Part shown: piece after piece, positions 13,530-25,884 of the stretch
How positions within the stretch are numbered: the stretch's first letter is position 1
How the letters are laid out: each line of letters starts with the position of its first letter
Translations under genes and position numbers: made by a program
Assembly: GCA_024679065.1 (NCBI GenBank)
Contig: JAGIQG010000008.1
Location: 43,400,001-43,464,000, forward strand
Origin: Sphyrna mokarran
Taxonomy: Eukaryota
Direction of reading: 5' to 3'
DNA: 64,000 bases
The notes under the pieces: generated by a model
Database searches by the model: none
Told to the model about the DNA's origin: nothing
Seen by the model: the letters and a program-made list of their open reading frames with translations, nothing else

Positions 13530-14530
13530 AAGAAAAGAAAATGTATTAATGAATTAAACAAATTCTGTGATAAAATCCATGGTCTAGATGGATTGCGGCA
13601 CATATTTAAAATAATCTAGGAAGGGATAGCAGAGGCATTACTGCATATTTAATTCAGTAATTTGTTACGAAAATGATGTAGTACCAAAGACAGAGGACTG
13701 ACAGATAAGTAATATCATTCTTATATTTAAGAAAGGGTCAGAACACGTCTATGGGTTTACAGATCAGTCAGTTTAAAATTGGTGGTATAAGAAATAGTAT
13801 TAAAGCAGAGAGAACATTGAGAAAAAAAGTACTATTTAATATTCAATATAAATTTCAAAGACTAAAATCTTGCTGGACCTTATTAATCTTAACCATTTTA
13901 ACCCTATTGTTTTATTTGAGGAGTTAATAGACAGAATGGACAATAGTAATGGAATGTAATTAATCTTCAATTTCCAAGAATCTTTGATAAGATCCCCATA
14001 ATAAACTAATGAATAAAGTGGGTGAATATGGAATTAGAAGACAAGTGGCACAATGGATTGCTTTCTGGCTTCAAGACAGGAAACAGAGAATTGGAACAAA
14101 GTGTAGTTTTTCAATTGTGGAAAAGAATGGGAAGTGGTGTTCCACAAGGCTGCTGGTCACAATCTACATGAATGATCTGTACATTGGAATCAAGGACACA
14201 ATTTCTAAATTTAAGGATGACACCAAATTAGGGGGAATACTCAAAATGGAGGAGGACTGTTAAAAAAATCACAGAACATTAGTAAATGTAAAATGGGAAA
14301 ATAGTTGGTAAATGAAGTTCAGCACAGATAAATGTGAGATGGTAAATTTTGGTTGGAAGATTAGGGAGATTGCTTATTACTTGGAAGGTGTGAATCTAGG
14401 TGGAGTACAGGAACAAAAGGACTTCAGAGCACAAATATATCAATCAGTTTGACAAGGCATTATCACTAGGCTGAATTTCTAGAGATAGAATTGATGAGCA
14501 GGAAAATTACGATTGACTTGTATTGAACAC
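13530..14530 (+). mobile_element. Old CR1 LINE RT fragment
   Basis: ORF 14009-14263 contains WIAFWLQDRKQR and ISKFKDDTKLGG (degenerate FADD), followed by W.MKFSTDKCE. Confidence 0.8.
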
Positions 14531-15412
14531 TCACCGGTGTCAAGACCTCACACTCTACCTTTCCCAGTATGCTTCAGCAAAACACTCCTTAGAACAAAGC
14601 ATTTTGCAAAGGCATTACTGAACCAATAGTCTCACTCACTCTCATTCAATTGTTCTCACAAACTTATGCCTCAGTCACCTTCCACAGCGTTGTCCTCTCT
14701 TATCTACACAACACTTCTGACACTCAATTTTCTGCTCTCTGTCCTTGCTGGAAAAGAGAGCACACAACATCAGAGAGAGGCAGAGACATATCTGACCTTG
14801 ACTACTGATGCTTACAGACCAACTGTAAGTCGAACACAGTGTTAATTTGAGAGTGACAGTATTTAAGATACACCTCCTTATATCACAACACCATATGAAC
14901 CCAAGCCTCCTGAGGCACTAATGCTTAGCAAGAAATTCTCTTTGTCTGTAGACCCTGTGCTGTGGCTTTTGCATTCTCACAATTGCATCTATGTCTATTC
15001 TCTTGGCCCTTTACATTAGCATATAGCTAAAAATAAGGCAGCAGCTACTGCTGCTCTATTCCTCAGAGATGCAAGATAGAGCTGCATAGGTTGCTCCCAT
15101 ATTGTGAGCAGGGAATTGCAGTAAATGAAGCACAGGGCAGATGAACAAATCCCAAGACACTGGCAATGAATGCACACTCTTGGAAGTGCTAGGAGAATTA
15201 TCTTCTCACCTGACCATTGGCAGCAAACTTTCAGTTTCACTGTGCAATGTCTTTGCAGTCTGTCACTTCCAATGAAGAAGTACTCCTGTCTATGTACTCA
15301 CCTCGTTGACCCTGGCCGCTGACAGTTCTGGAATGGTTACCTATTTGAATATTTCAATTACTTAGCTGATAGCTCCAAGGGGATCCCCCCATCCTTCCCA
15401 TGCAAACCTAGT

Positions 15413-17015
15413 ATTTTGATTTGATTTATTATTGTCACATGTATTAACAGACAGTGAAAAGTATTGTTTCTTGTATGCTATACCGTTCGTAGAGAAGGAA
15501 ACAAGAGAGTGCAGAATGTAGTGTTACAGTCATAGTTGGCGTATAGAGAAAGATCAACTTAATGTAAGGCAAATCCATTCAAAAATCTGACAGTAGCAGG
15601 GAAGAGGCTGTTCTTGAGTTGGTTGGTATGTGACCTTAGACTTTTGTATCTTTTTCCCGTAGGAAGAAGGTAAAAGAGAGAATGTCCGGCATGCTTGGGG
15701 TCCTTAATTATGCTAGGTACTTTGCCGAGACAGCAGGAAATATCGACAGAATCAATGGGAGGCTGGTTTTCATGATGGATTGGGCTACACTCACAAATTT
15801 TTGTAGTTCCTTGCAGTCTTGGACAGGGCAGGAGCCATACCAAGCTGTAATAGAACCAGAAAGAATGTTTCCTATAGTGCATCTGTGAAAGTCACTGAGA
15901 GTGCTAGTTGACATGCCAAATTTCCTTAGTCTTCTGAGGAAGTAGAAGCGTTGGTGGGCTTTCTTAACTATAATGTCAGCATGGGGGAACCAAGACAGTT
16001 TGTTGATGATCTGGACACCTAAAAACGTGAAGGTCTCGACCCTTTCTACTATGTTCCCATTGATGTAGACAGGGGGCATGGTCTCCTTTTCGCTTCCTGA
16101 AGTCGATGACAATCTCCTTCATTTTGTCGACATTGAGGGAGAAATTATTGTTTATCAGATTCTCTATCTCATTCCTGTATTCTGTTTCCTCATTGTTTGG
16201 GATCTTACCCACTACAGTGGTGTCGTCAGCAAACTTGAAAATTGGATTGGAGGGGAATTTGGCCACACAGTCACAGGTGTATAAGGAGTACATTAAGAGG
16301 CTGAGAATGCAGTCTTGTGGGGCACCAGTGTTCAGGATGATTGTGGAGGTGGTGTTGGTGCTTGTCCTTACTGATTGTGATCTGAGAGTTAGGAAGTTCA
16401 GGACCCAGTTGCAGAGGGAGGTACCGGGATGATGGCCATCTTCTTGAAGCAGATAGGGACCTATCTGAGAGATTGAAGATATCTGTGAACACCACACCCA
16501 GCTGATCCACACAGGATCTGAAAGCTCATCTGGGTACACCATCCAGCCAGTTGTTTCCATGGGTTAACTTTCAAGAAAGCTGTTCTGACATCTGCAATGG
16601 TGACCCCAGATACAGGTACGTCCAGGGCTTTCAGGGTGGAGGGCATGGTCTTGCTGGCCTCTTGCTCAAAATGGGCATAGAATGCACTGAGTTCTTCAGG
16701 GAGGGGTGCTTTGGAGCCAGCGATTTTACACGCCTTCCTCTTGTAGCCTGTTATGTCTTGCAGATCTTGCCATAGTCAGCGTGAATCCAATTGGCTAGCC
16801 TGGGATTCTAGCTTGTCCAGTACTGTCTTTTGGCAACTTTGATGGATCTCCTTACCTAGTTTCTTGTATAGGTCAGTGTTGCCTGACTTGAACGCCTCAG
16901 ACCTGAACTTCAGCAAGCAGTGAATATCCCTGTTCATCCATAGTTTCCGGTTGGGAACACATTGATTTGCTTCTTTGGCACACAGTCTTCTACACACTTA
17001 CTAATGAAGTTTCTG
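15413..17015 (-). mobile_element. Rex1/Babar-type LINE, 5'-truncated with internal deletion
   Basis: ORFs 15976-16560 and 15708-16112 give GAPQDCILSLLMYSLYT, FKFADDTTVVG and KKAHQRFYFLRRLRKF. The 3' end is aataataaatcaaatcaaaat. Confidence 0.85.
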
Positions 17016-17434
17016 TTGTAAAATTTACAGGAGGGTAGGATGGTATCATCATCCCAATACAACATCACTTCTAGGGTATTAACTCCATACAAACTCGGAT
17101 CCCAAACCCATTAAAATTTCTCCCCCCACCCTCCCACCAAGACCAAACTGGGAAGCATAACATATAGGTACAGAAATACAATCGTTGTATGTAGTGTTCA
17201 AAATAGACACTCCCAGACTGTTAGGCCATGTGGCTAAATGTCAGTCAACAACGTTCAAAAATTCCTTCACAATCTGTTAAATAATGCATTTTAACTTGAC
17301 AAAAATCTATTAAATGCTTCTGGAAAGAGTGACTTATTTTGATATAGAACTCAATCTCACTCAAAAGGATTTTTTTACATTTAAAATAAAAGCAGTTAAT
17401 ATTTTGGGTGCTATACACTGTTCATGAAAACTCA

Positions 17435-17762
17435 GGGTGGCATGGTAGCACAGTGGTTAGCACTGCTACTTCACATGTCCAGGGACATGGGTTTGATTCC
17501 TGGCTTTGGTCACTGTCTGTGTGGAGTTTGCACATTTTCCTTGTGCTGTGTGGGTTTCTTCTGAGTGCTCCAGCTTCCTTCCACAGTCCAAAGATGTGTG
17601 GGTTAGGTTGATTGGCTATGCTAAAGTTGCCCCTTAGTGTCCTGAAATGCATAGGTTAGAGAGATTAGTGGGTAAATATGTAGAGCCTGGCTGAGATCGT
17701 GGTCAGTGCAGACTCAATGGGCCAAATGGCCTCTTTCTGCACTGTAAGATTGCTATGATTCT
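17435..17762 (+). mobile_element. HE1-type V-SINE, full length, with CR1/HER1-derived tail
   Basis: tRNA head (tagcacagtggttag; ggtttgattcc), V-core (gtctgtgtggagtttgcac...ccacagtccaaagatgtg) and tail gggccaaatggcctct...ctatgattct. Confidence 0.88.
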
Positions 17763-17847
17763 TTGAAAATGGGGAAATTCACTTTAACTTCACTATTTGG
17801 ACAGTCAAATGAGAAAAAGCGAATCTCTTGGCCAGGTATAAACTATA

Positions 17848-18671
17848 GGCTGAAAATTGGAAAGAAATTTTAGGTGGCAAATGGAGTTTAATGTGGAAAA
17901 GTGTGAGGTAATGCACTTTGGCAGGAACAATAAATGTGTAGAGTATAGGGCTAATGGTAGGGCTCTTAATAGTGTTGAGGAACAGAAGGATCTTGGTGTA
18001 TGTGTCAATAGATCCCTGAAAGTAGGCAGTCAAGTGGATAAAGTTGTTAAGAAGGCATATGGAGTCTTAGCTTTTATTGGTAGGGGGATTGAATTTAGGA
18101 GCCGCAGCATCATGTTGCAACTGTACAAAACTCTAGTGCGGCCGCACTTGGAGTATTGTGTGCAGTTCTGGTCGCCACATTATAAGAAAGATGTGGAGGC
18201 ATTGGAGAGGGTACAGAGGAGGTTTACCAGGATGTTGCCTGGTATGGAGGGCAGGTCCTATGAAGAGAGGTTGAAGGATTTGAGGTTGTTTTCGTTAGAA
18301 AGGAGGCGGCTAAGGGGGATCTTATTGAAGCATATAAGATGATTAGAGGTTTAGATAGGGTGGACAGTGATAGCCTTTTTCCTAGGATGGAGAAAGCTAG
18401 CACGAGGGGACACAACTTTAAATTAAGGGGTATGAGTTATAGGACGGATATCAGAGGTAGGTTCTTTACTCAAAGAGTGATTAGGGAGTGGAATGCCCTG
18501 CCTGCAGCTGTTGTAGATGCGCCAAGTTTGGTGGCGTTTAAGAGGTTAGTTGATAAGTATATGGAAGAGAAGGGAATGGTTTAGTTTGGAGGGGCATTGC
18601 TTTTTATTTTGGTCGGCACAACATCGAAGGCCGAAGGGCCTGTTCTGTGCTGTAATGTTCTATGTTCTATG
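17848..18671 (+). mobile_element. Young 5'-truncated CR1 LINE with 8-bp target-site duplication AAACTATA
   Basis: ORFs 17857-18342 and 18339-18584 encode the CR1 ORF2 C-terminus (WQMEFNVEKC, LVRPHLEYCVQFWSP). (TTCTATG)n tail. AAACTATA occurs at 17840-17847 and 18672-18679. Confidence 0.92.
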
Positions 18672-19575
18672 AAACTATAATGGAGTCTTCATCAGGTTGC
18701 TCCAGGCAGTCAATTTATAACATACTCCCATGGATTTTTTTCATTGTCCTGCCTTGGAATATTTAAGTTGTTTTTTCAAAAATGTAATAATATTCAAATA
18801 CAAGTCTCAGACTACTTTTTTCCTTTAGCTGTCAGGGATAGACGCATGGTCTCCATTTGATGCAGTTCTAAACACTTGGATGTTAATCTTTTCTTTCTTG
18901 CACTAAATCTTACCTAAATATCCCTGAATAGACCTTTACAGACACAAAGACAGCCTGAAAAATTTACACTCTGCTTGCCTTTCCTAAAAACATTATCAAA
19001 GGCAAGCCCTGGGAAGATTTATCCTATACTACTGCAGAATGATAGCTGATGTAATTTGTCTGCAGCTTTGGGTTTCAGGTAGAATGGTGGCCCATTTCTG
19101 CACTTAATGTTATGAAAAAAGAAAAGCACTTAGCCAAGTGTTAACTGAATGCAATATTGAACACAAGTCTACACTGTCAGAAATAGATGCTTACAAAAGG
19201 TCTAGCCTGCATACAACAGAAGTTGGTGGATGATCATAGAAAATTTCAAAACAGGTCTGTACATATCACTAACGGAACTTTTCATTGTGTCACTTTCATA
19301 TTTGTTTTGTTACATCTTCAGTTTTCTGAAGCAAAGTGCTTTGAAACTTTGATGGTGAGTGTCACATATGAATTTAAATGTAAACATTTCCCCTTTGGAC
19401 AAATCTACTCAGATATTTTCTCTAAAACTGATCAATGGAAGTAGACTGAATTGTAAACATCAGACAGTATTCCAAACTGACTGAACAATGTTTATTGGAA
19501 AAACCAGGTCAGATTGCACTTCAGTCACAAGTGATTCTGTCTTGGATGAAAAAATGTTGCATTCTTTTAGTAATA

Positions 19576-19830
19576 GGGCCATTGTTTCTACAGTATCCAG
19601 TATCTTCAGCCATTTTTTGCTATCACATGGAGTGAATTGAATTGGCTGAAGACTGGCATCTGGGAAGCTGGGAATCTTTGAAGGAAGTTGAGCACTTCTG
19701 GCTGGATGTGACGAGATTGCTGAGCTTAGATCTGATTCATTGGTTGTGGGATTGCTTAGCTCTGTCAATCATCTGTTGCCTATGCTACTTGGTACACAAG
19801 GCATCCTGTGTTGTAGCTTCACAAGATGGA
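19576..19830 (-). mobile_element. Internal fragment of a CR1-group LINE (probably the same family as 7520-8693)
   Basis: Minus ORF contains DASLQPIQFTPCDSKKWLKILDT, a typical pre-RT segment. Confidence 0.55.
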
Positions 19831-21599
19831 CTGCAGCAACTTTCAGTCTCTACCTTGACAAGACCTTTCAGAAACATTTATGTTTCAATGGGATCACCTC
19901 TCATTCTTCTAAACTTGAGGTAATAAAGACCCAATTTACTCAGCCTATCACAGAATACAGCCTTCAATGTCAAAAATTTTGAAAAATCAATTGTAATGTA
20001 ACAATCTGGAACATTCCAGTTTTAAGGAAATCAATGCGCCCAGACCAAAATGCAACTGGCCTTTAATGCCTAGTCTCATTCAGGATGCTGATTGCATTGT
20101 TGGTGTACATGCAAAGCTCTGGAATTTTGCCAATTTATTCCGAGTCTGAATAATTTTGAAAAGATATGTAAAAGCATGTATGAATGTATAAAAGCAAAGT
20201 AACTTTCCAGGTCAGAGTAAGGAACACTGGTAGACAACTAGGCTGCCAGTTTTTGAGTATGTGCTATTTGAGTAAGGATCTGGCAACTTCATTGCTATGC
20301 CAAATTCCAGACACTGTTGCCAGCCTCACAACAGAGGATCTGTTTCCACAGATCAGGAGTTTCACTGCAAATCTCTATTTAATGAGCCATAATAAGGAAG
20401 CATATGCGTATGGACATTAGTGAAGGGAGAACTTGGGAACATTGAAATTGTTAGACTGAAAAAGACCAGATCCATTTAATTTGCATCCTACCATACAGAT
20501 AACTTCATGATAAGATGATTATAGAGTTGTTAGCTAATTATGGAAATCAGTCTCCATCTTTTAACCCTTTGCAGGCTCAGATACAAGGCAAGAAAATCTC
20601 CAGTTACGGAGAAATTTCTCTAAAATAATCTTTTCCTCCCAAGGATTAACTTGTTTGTCTGAAATTATCCATATACTATCTATGTCTCCCAAAATAATAA
20701 TGTTTTTTGTAAACACTAACTCCCATTTAAATGGATGAATAGCATCTGCCTCTAATTTACCCCCAAATTTTGCAATTCACCAACCTTTACTGGTCGAGCT
20801 TACACAAGGGAGAAATAAAGTTGGGAAAGATTAAAACAAGTCTAACATCCACCAAAAGAATTTATGTTTTAAATTAAAACCACAAGAAAATAACACTGTT
20901 GCTGTGAATGAGAAATTTGTCAAGTCCAACATGGAGAAAGAACAGTTTGCTGTCAGTACTGCATGCAAACATGCCTATTCTCTGCAACTGTTTCCAATCC
21001 CATGAATATTCACACTGAAAAGACATAGACATAAGGTCACACTATGTAAACATGAGTGAAAGTAACACTGAGAATCCACAGTCAAAACAGCATTAACATC
21101 ATCACAGTCAGCAGATGCGTTGGGCTTTCTGAGATTGCACAGTAATAGGTCCTTCATTGTATCCATCCTCTTAATCCATATTTTCTTCAGAAAACACACT
21201 CAATTACAGATGATTTTTATAAACTGTACGAAGTTGAATTTCATTCATAGCTTTGCATAACACCACAATTGAAATACGTGGTATGTATTTTTTTTATATT
21301 CACCTTTAAAGTAGATTTTATTTCCCTTTGTCAATTATTGCTTAATCAGTCTAACTATATTGATTAGTGGTGATAGTAGGAGTGGACTACTTGTACTACC
21401 CCTTATCCCTTCAATCATAAAATGGCTTCACAAATTGCAAAACCACCAATTCTTTGGTGATATAAACAAGTTCCTAATACCCAGTAGAAAAACAGAATAC
21501 CAAAAAGATAGTTGGCTTTGGTTTAGTTTTCTGGACATCTTCATAACATGTCGGTTATTAATTAATCCACATTTGAAATCGTGGTTTGCATCATGATGG

Positions 21600-22583
21600 T
21601 TGTATCACCATGCAAACCATTACCTCAATGGGCAAAGTGCCAGTGCCTGGGAGGCACCTTGGCACTGCCCACCAGACATAGGGCAATGACAAAGGGGTGA
21701 GGCCTCCGGGGAATGGTGGTGGATCGTGTAGGGGGAGGCAATTGCCACTCAACATTTAGGCTGTGTGATAGAGGAAAGATGGCCAGAGATTGGGGCTGGC
21801 CATCGGGTATGGGGACGTGGAGGGGGGAGGTCAGGACTACTGGCAGGAGGGGATTGAGAGATCAAGGCTGTGTGAAGGGGGGTGGAGGGGCATTGAAGCT
21901 GTCCCAGACATGTTCAAGGAGAAAGTGATTGATTATGGGAGAAATGGAAGGGCCAGTGATATGTAGGTCATGAGGCTGACCAGCAATTGAACTGGCCAAC
22001 GTTCAGGAGGCTGGCCTTGTGGGACTGCTGTACATGTGCCGATGTCTGCTATGACAGATTGGCACATGTGCCGTGGCCCACTCAACGCTATGCTGCTGGC
22101 CTGTCCAGCGGGAACAGGCCCTCTGCAGTAAGAAGTCTCACAACAGCAGGTTAAAGTCCAACAGGTTTATTTGGTCAGTGCATAGAGTGTGGAAGATTCA
22201 TTTTGAAAAAAAAAGTGTGATTTACTTCAGTTTAAATGCAAATTCAATATTTAGTATTTGTTTGGGAGAATTGCTTCCTTGCCCTTTACGCTCTCAATAA
22301 GTCTTATGTTCATAGTAATCGAGTTAGGCAGGAAAGTTACGTCTGTGATGCAGGGGCATCACAGGCAGGTGTTTCATAGCTTTCCGCAACTTGTTGCACT
22401 GTCAGCTAACAATGGGTTTCAGCACTGAGAAGCTTCTTCTATTGTATCTTTCCAATGCATGCTGCTGGCACTTTAAGTTTTAATTATAACCGCCTGAGAA
22501 TCAGCGAAAAGCAAAAGATCGGAAGTGGTGCACGTTTCCTGTTCTGTCATCAGGAACGGCACGCCCCTGTTAAAATTCCACCC
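21600..22583. mobile_element. GC-rich MITE or DNA-transposon remnant related to 59531-60492
   Basis: 22052-22121 aligns with 60268-60337 (tgacagatYggcacatg...tggccYactcaacRctatgctgctggcct). TIR-like end taaaattccaccc at about 22583. Confidence 0.5.
22126..22174 (+). mobile_element. Truncated arm of the palindromic PLE-derived element seen at 6216
   Basis: cagtaagaagtctcacaacagcaggttaaagtccaacaggtttatttgg matches 6218-6266. Confidence 0.85.
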
Positions 22584-22600
22584 ATCATTTCAGTGCAAGG

Positions 22601-24026
22601 TTGTGCTAATATGTGATGGTCTTCATGATATGAATACACTGCCAATCCTTACTGTCTAGACTCACATCTGAAAAATAGCTATTGCAGTGAGGTACTGGAC
22701 AAGTGCCAGAAATTAGTCAAACATCTCTAAGAAGGAGAGAAAATAATTGGGGAAAACCCCACAGATTTCTGCCCTTTTATGGTCTCCAGAATTTAAAGAC
22801 TTTTAAGCCCAATGCTGTAGCTACACCAATACATTTGATAGGTAACCTAAACAACATTTCTAAAAAGGAAGATTTTGCCTAGAACCTGTTTGTTTTTTGG
22901 GTGGCTTGTTGTACGGCTAAGATGCCAGCAGTACTTCTCAGATCCTGGCGCATATACATCCTGTGAAAATTGCCATCTCAGGGTTGAGGCCAGCAGAGAA
23001 GTGAATCTAAAATTGGTGTTGTCTGTTACAGCATACAGTGCTAGCACATTTGCTGTCACCCAGGCCAGCTGTTACACGAACCTCCGTGTAATTGTCACAA
23101 CCACCTCATGCAGCATTACTGGGACACCAATGCTGGACTGTTCTGTTACTTTTCTGCAGACTCAAACTTGCACACTTCCCTTTATCTTTGTCCATCTCTG
23201 CTTTGTCCCTCACTGTTCAACCATCAGCAAGGCATCCAGTGATGCCATTCAAGGCTTTGCAAAAATATTCTCAATTTTCATCATCTTATTGTGAAACTTT
23301 CCAAACAGAACTAACATAATAGGTCTGACAACATCTGTGGAGAGAGAATAGAGCCTATGTTTTGAGTCAGAGCTAAGAGCAAAGAGAATTATAGAGATTT
23401 ATAGTATAAGGATGGGGAGGGGGATGGGATAAAGGCAATATAAATGAGGACACTGAAGGCTGAGAAGGTGTTAAACGTGTCCATCAAGTGATCAGATTGT
23501 GTGAATGGTGGAACAGAGGTATTTAATCAGATTTTCCAGCATTTTTTGTTTTTGTTTCAGATACCAACATCCATAGTATTTTGTTTTTATTTTGTTTTAA
23601 AGTGGATAGTGTTTGATGGCCAGTGTCATCAGCATTACTGGAACACCATTGCTGGACTGTTCTGTTACTTGCCTGCAGACTCATGCCTGCACTCTTCCCT
23701 TTGTTTCTGTCCATCTCCACTTTGTTCCCTCTCTGTTCAGCTGTAGGCAAGACATCCAGTGATGCCATTTGAGGTCTTGCAAAAATATTCTTAATTTTCA
23801 TCATCTTATTGTGAAACTTTCCGAGCAGAGCTAACATTTTGCATCTGGATGGTCCTTTATCACATATTAGTTGTGCTAATATATGATAGTCTCCATGATA
23901 CGAATACGCTGCCAATCCTCACCATCTAGACTCACATCTGAAGAATAACTACTTTACTGAGGTACCGGACAACTGCCAGAAATTAATTAAATTTCTTGAG
24001 AAAGAGAAAAGATAATTGGAGAAAAT
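22601..24026 (+). repeat. Permuted local duplication A-B-[PLE remnant]-B'-A'
   Basis: A is 22601-22757 and A' is 23871-24026. B is 23111-23317 and B' is 23630-23837. All are in direct orientation and visibly alignable. Confidence 0.85.
23321..23592. mobile_element. Penelope-like terminal remnant (inverted halves)
   Basis: 23321-23370 is the reverse complement of about 24104-24151. 23526-23592 matches 24156-24207. Confidence 0.55.
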
Positions 24027-24085
24027 ATAATTAATAAAATAAACACCCACTGTTCAGATTGACTTAAATTTCTGCCGTTTTTGGT

Positions 24086-24207
24086 CTGACAAAGAGTTAT
24101 CCAAACTCAAAATGTTAGGTCTGGTCTTTCTCCACAGATGCTGTCAGACCTGCTGAGGTTTTGCAGCATTTTCTTTTTTTTTTCAGATTCCAGCATCCAC
24201 AGTAATT
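24086..24207 (+). mobile_element. Penelope-like terminal repeat with decayed hammerhead core
   Basis: CTGACAA-A-GAGTT-ATCCA-AACTC-AAAATGTTA followed by tctccacagatgctgtcagacctgctgag...ttcagattccagcatcc. Confidence 0.6.
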
Positions 24208-24626
24208 ATTTTTAGCTATGCTAGCATGATGGCATTTCAGTCAGTCAAAAATCCAACAGTCATTCTTATATAAACTGCAGCAAGTACAGAAAGTCTGCAA
24301 TCACACCTTGAAAGTAGTATAGAGTCACCTTCTCACCATGAACCCTGAATCACTGAAGAACCATAAGTGGTACAATTATAACAAAAAAATCCTCCAGATA
24401 CATTTACTTATTTGTGGGTAAAAGTAACGTTTCATGGATGTTTAATTTATAGTTTTGAGACAACCATTTCAGGCGATTAACAGATCTTTAATCTTCTGGA
24501 GAAACATTGAAATGTTGTTGCCAATCGACTACAGCTATAGAGTGTGCCATTTACATGTTTAACTATTCACATTTTTTGTTCTGGGAAACCACTAAAAGGT
24601 GCACTACAAAGAAAATAGGAACTGAC

Positions 24627-24743
24627 CTTTGCATGTTTTTCCATCAGGTTGCAGCGTGAATCCAACGGGACAACTACACCGGACTCCTGTAGCAGTGTCT
24701 TTGCATGTACGATCACAGCCTCCATTATTCACAGCACACGTTT
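24627..24743 (-). CDS. SCUBE1: SCUBE1 internal exon (EGF-like repeat): (E)[38 protein letters not shown](D)
   Basis: 117 nt with acceptor ctaacag| and donor AG|gtcagt, phase 1-1. The peptide is essentially as I recall it for tetrapod SCUBE1. Confidence 0.95.
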
Positions 24744-25251
24744 CTGTTAGGAATAAATTCAACATGGAATGCTTCTTTGAGCATCAGAAATACCAGATTG
24801 TCTTGCAATGTGAACACTGTTACTTGGCAGTCTCATGTCGGCATAAAAATAAGTGAAGTGATTTTTATTTAAAATATAAATTAGAATGAAATGTCATGTA
24901 TGGTGTACAATACTGCATTATAGTTTTACTTATTTAAGATTTAATTTTTTTCTCCTTTTTCTGGAAAAGCTTAACTTATGCTGGTTGCAGTTCCACGGGT
25001 ACTCTCAGGTACCTCATTCAAGAAGACATTGGTCACCTCAAAGCCTAGATTCTGGGACCAGTCTAATCTCATCTCCATTCAAAGTCCAGTAACTCATAAA
25101 TAATTGCTAACAGAGACCATGAGATTAAGATAAACTCTGCTAATCATCAACTAATGCGAGTCGTCATGCCTGAATGTCTTCCAGCCAAAATAAACTAATT
25201 CATGAAACAGTAGAATCAAATCAGGGGCCTTCTTCCCGCTGTTTGGTTCTG

Positions 25252-25464
25252 TAGAAATCATCGAAACCCTATAATTTCTATTCATTTTAATCCCACAGTC
25301 CTACAATCCCTACTGTAGTCCTACAGTTTCTATCCAGAGGGAACCCATGTGGACACGGGAAGAATGTGCAAACTCCATACAGACAGTGACCCAAGCCAGG
25401 AATCGAACCCAAATTCTTGCAGCTGTGATACAGCAGTGCTAACCACTGTGCCACCATGCCACCC
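25252..25464 (-). mobile_element. HE1-type V-SINE, internally deleted
   Basis: The reverse complement of 25340-25464 aligns with 17435-17560. Confidence 0.85.
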
Positions 25465-25884
25465 ATACCTGGCAATGTTTTTGTAAAATGAGCCGTCAGT
25501 GGAGCTTTTAGTTCCTTAATCAATAAAACTATTGACATGATGCTATAATGCATGATTGTACATCACATACGTTATAAGACAATTCAGTTTCTGACCAAAT
25601 GGTAGAGTAATTGCAATAATTAATTTAGAGCCTACAAATGAAACAAATCCACTTCTCGAATTGAATTAGCATTTCAATGGCAGTGTTTATATGGAGTTCA
25701 GGGACCAGCTAATACATATCCCATCTGAATTTGATACTGTTTACAACAGTGAAAAAAATTATAATTTTGTCTTGACAAATTTCCAAGTGAAAGACGATTA
25801 AATTTCCAGATGATTTTTCAAATGAATCAGGATATCTTCAAACTTTTTAGTGCATTTTTGATTTAATTAATGTACCAATTCTCA

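Noticed and set aside
14530-15000. Harbinger Myb-like gene fragment (EKRAHNIRER)
   Set aside because: Only about 10 codons of resemblance, which is too little to call without a database search.
17435-17510. tRNA gene
   Set aside because: The A/B boxes belong to a SINE head. There is no complete cloverleaf, and the sequence continues into the V-SINE core.
23523-23915. 130-aa minus-strand ORF in the duplicated block
   Set aside because: The paralogous block has a stop in the same frame, the ORF runs into a PLE remnant, and I recognise no domain.
1-24626. Next SCUBE1 exon (calcium-binding EGF, DI[DN]EC...)
   Set aside because: A manual scan of the minus strand found no matching Cys pattern with splice sites. 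It probably lies left of the window, though I could have missed it.
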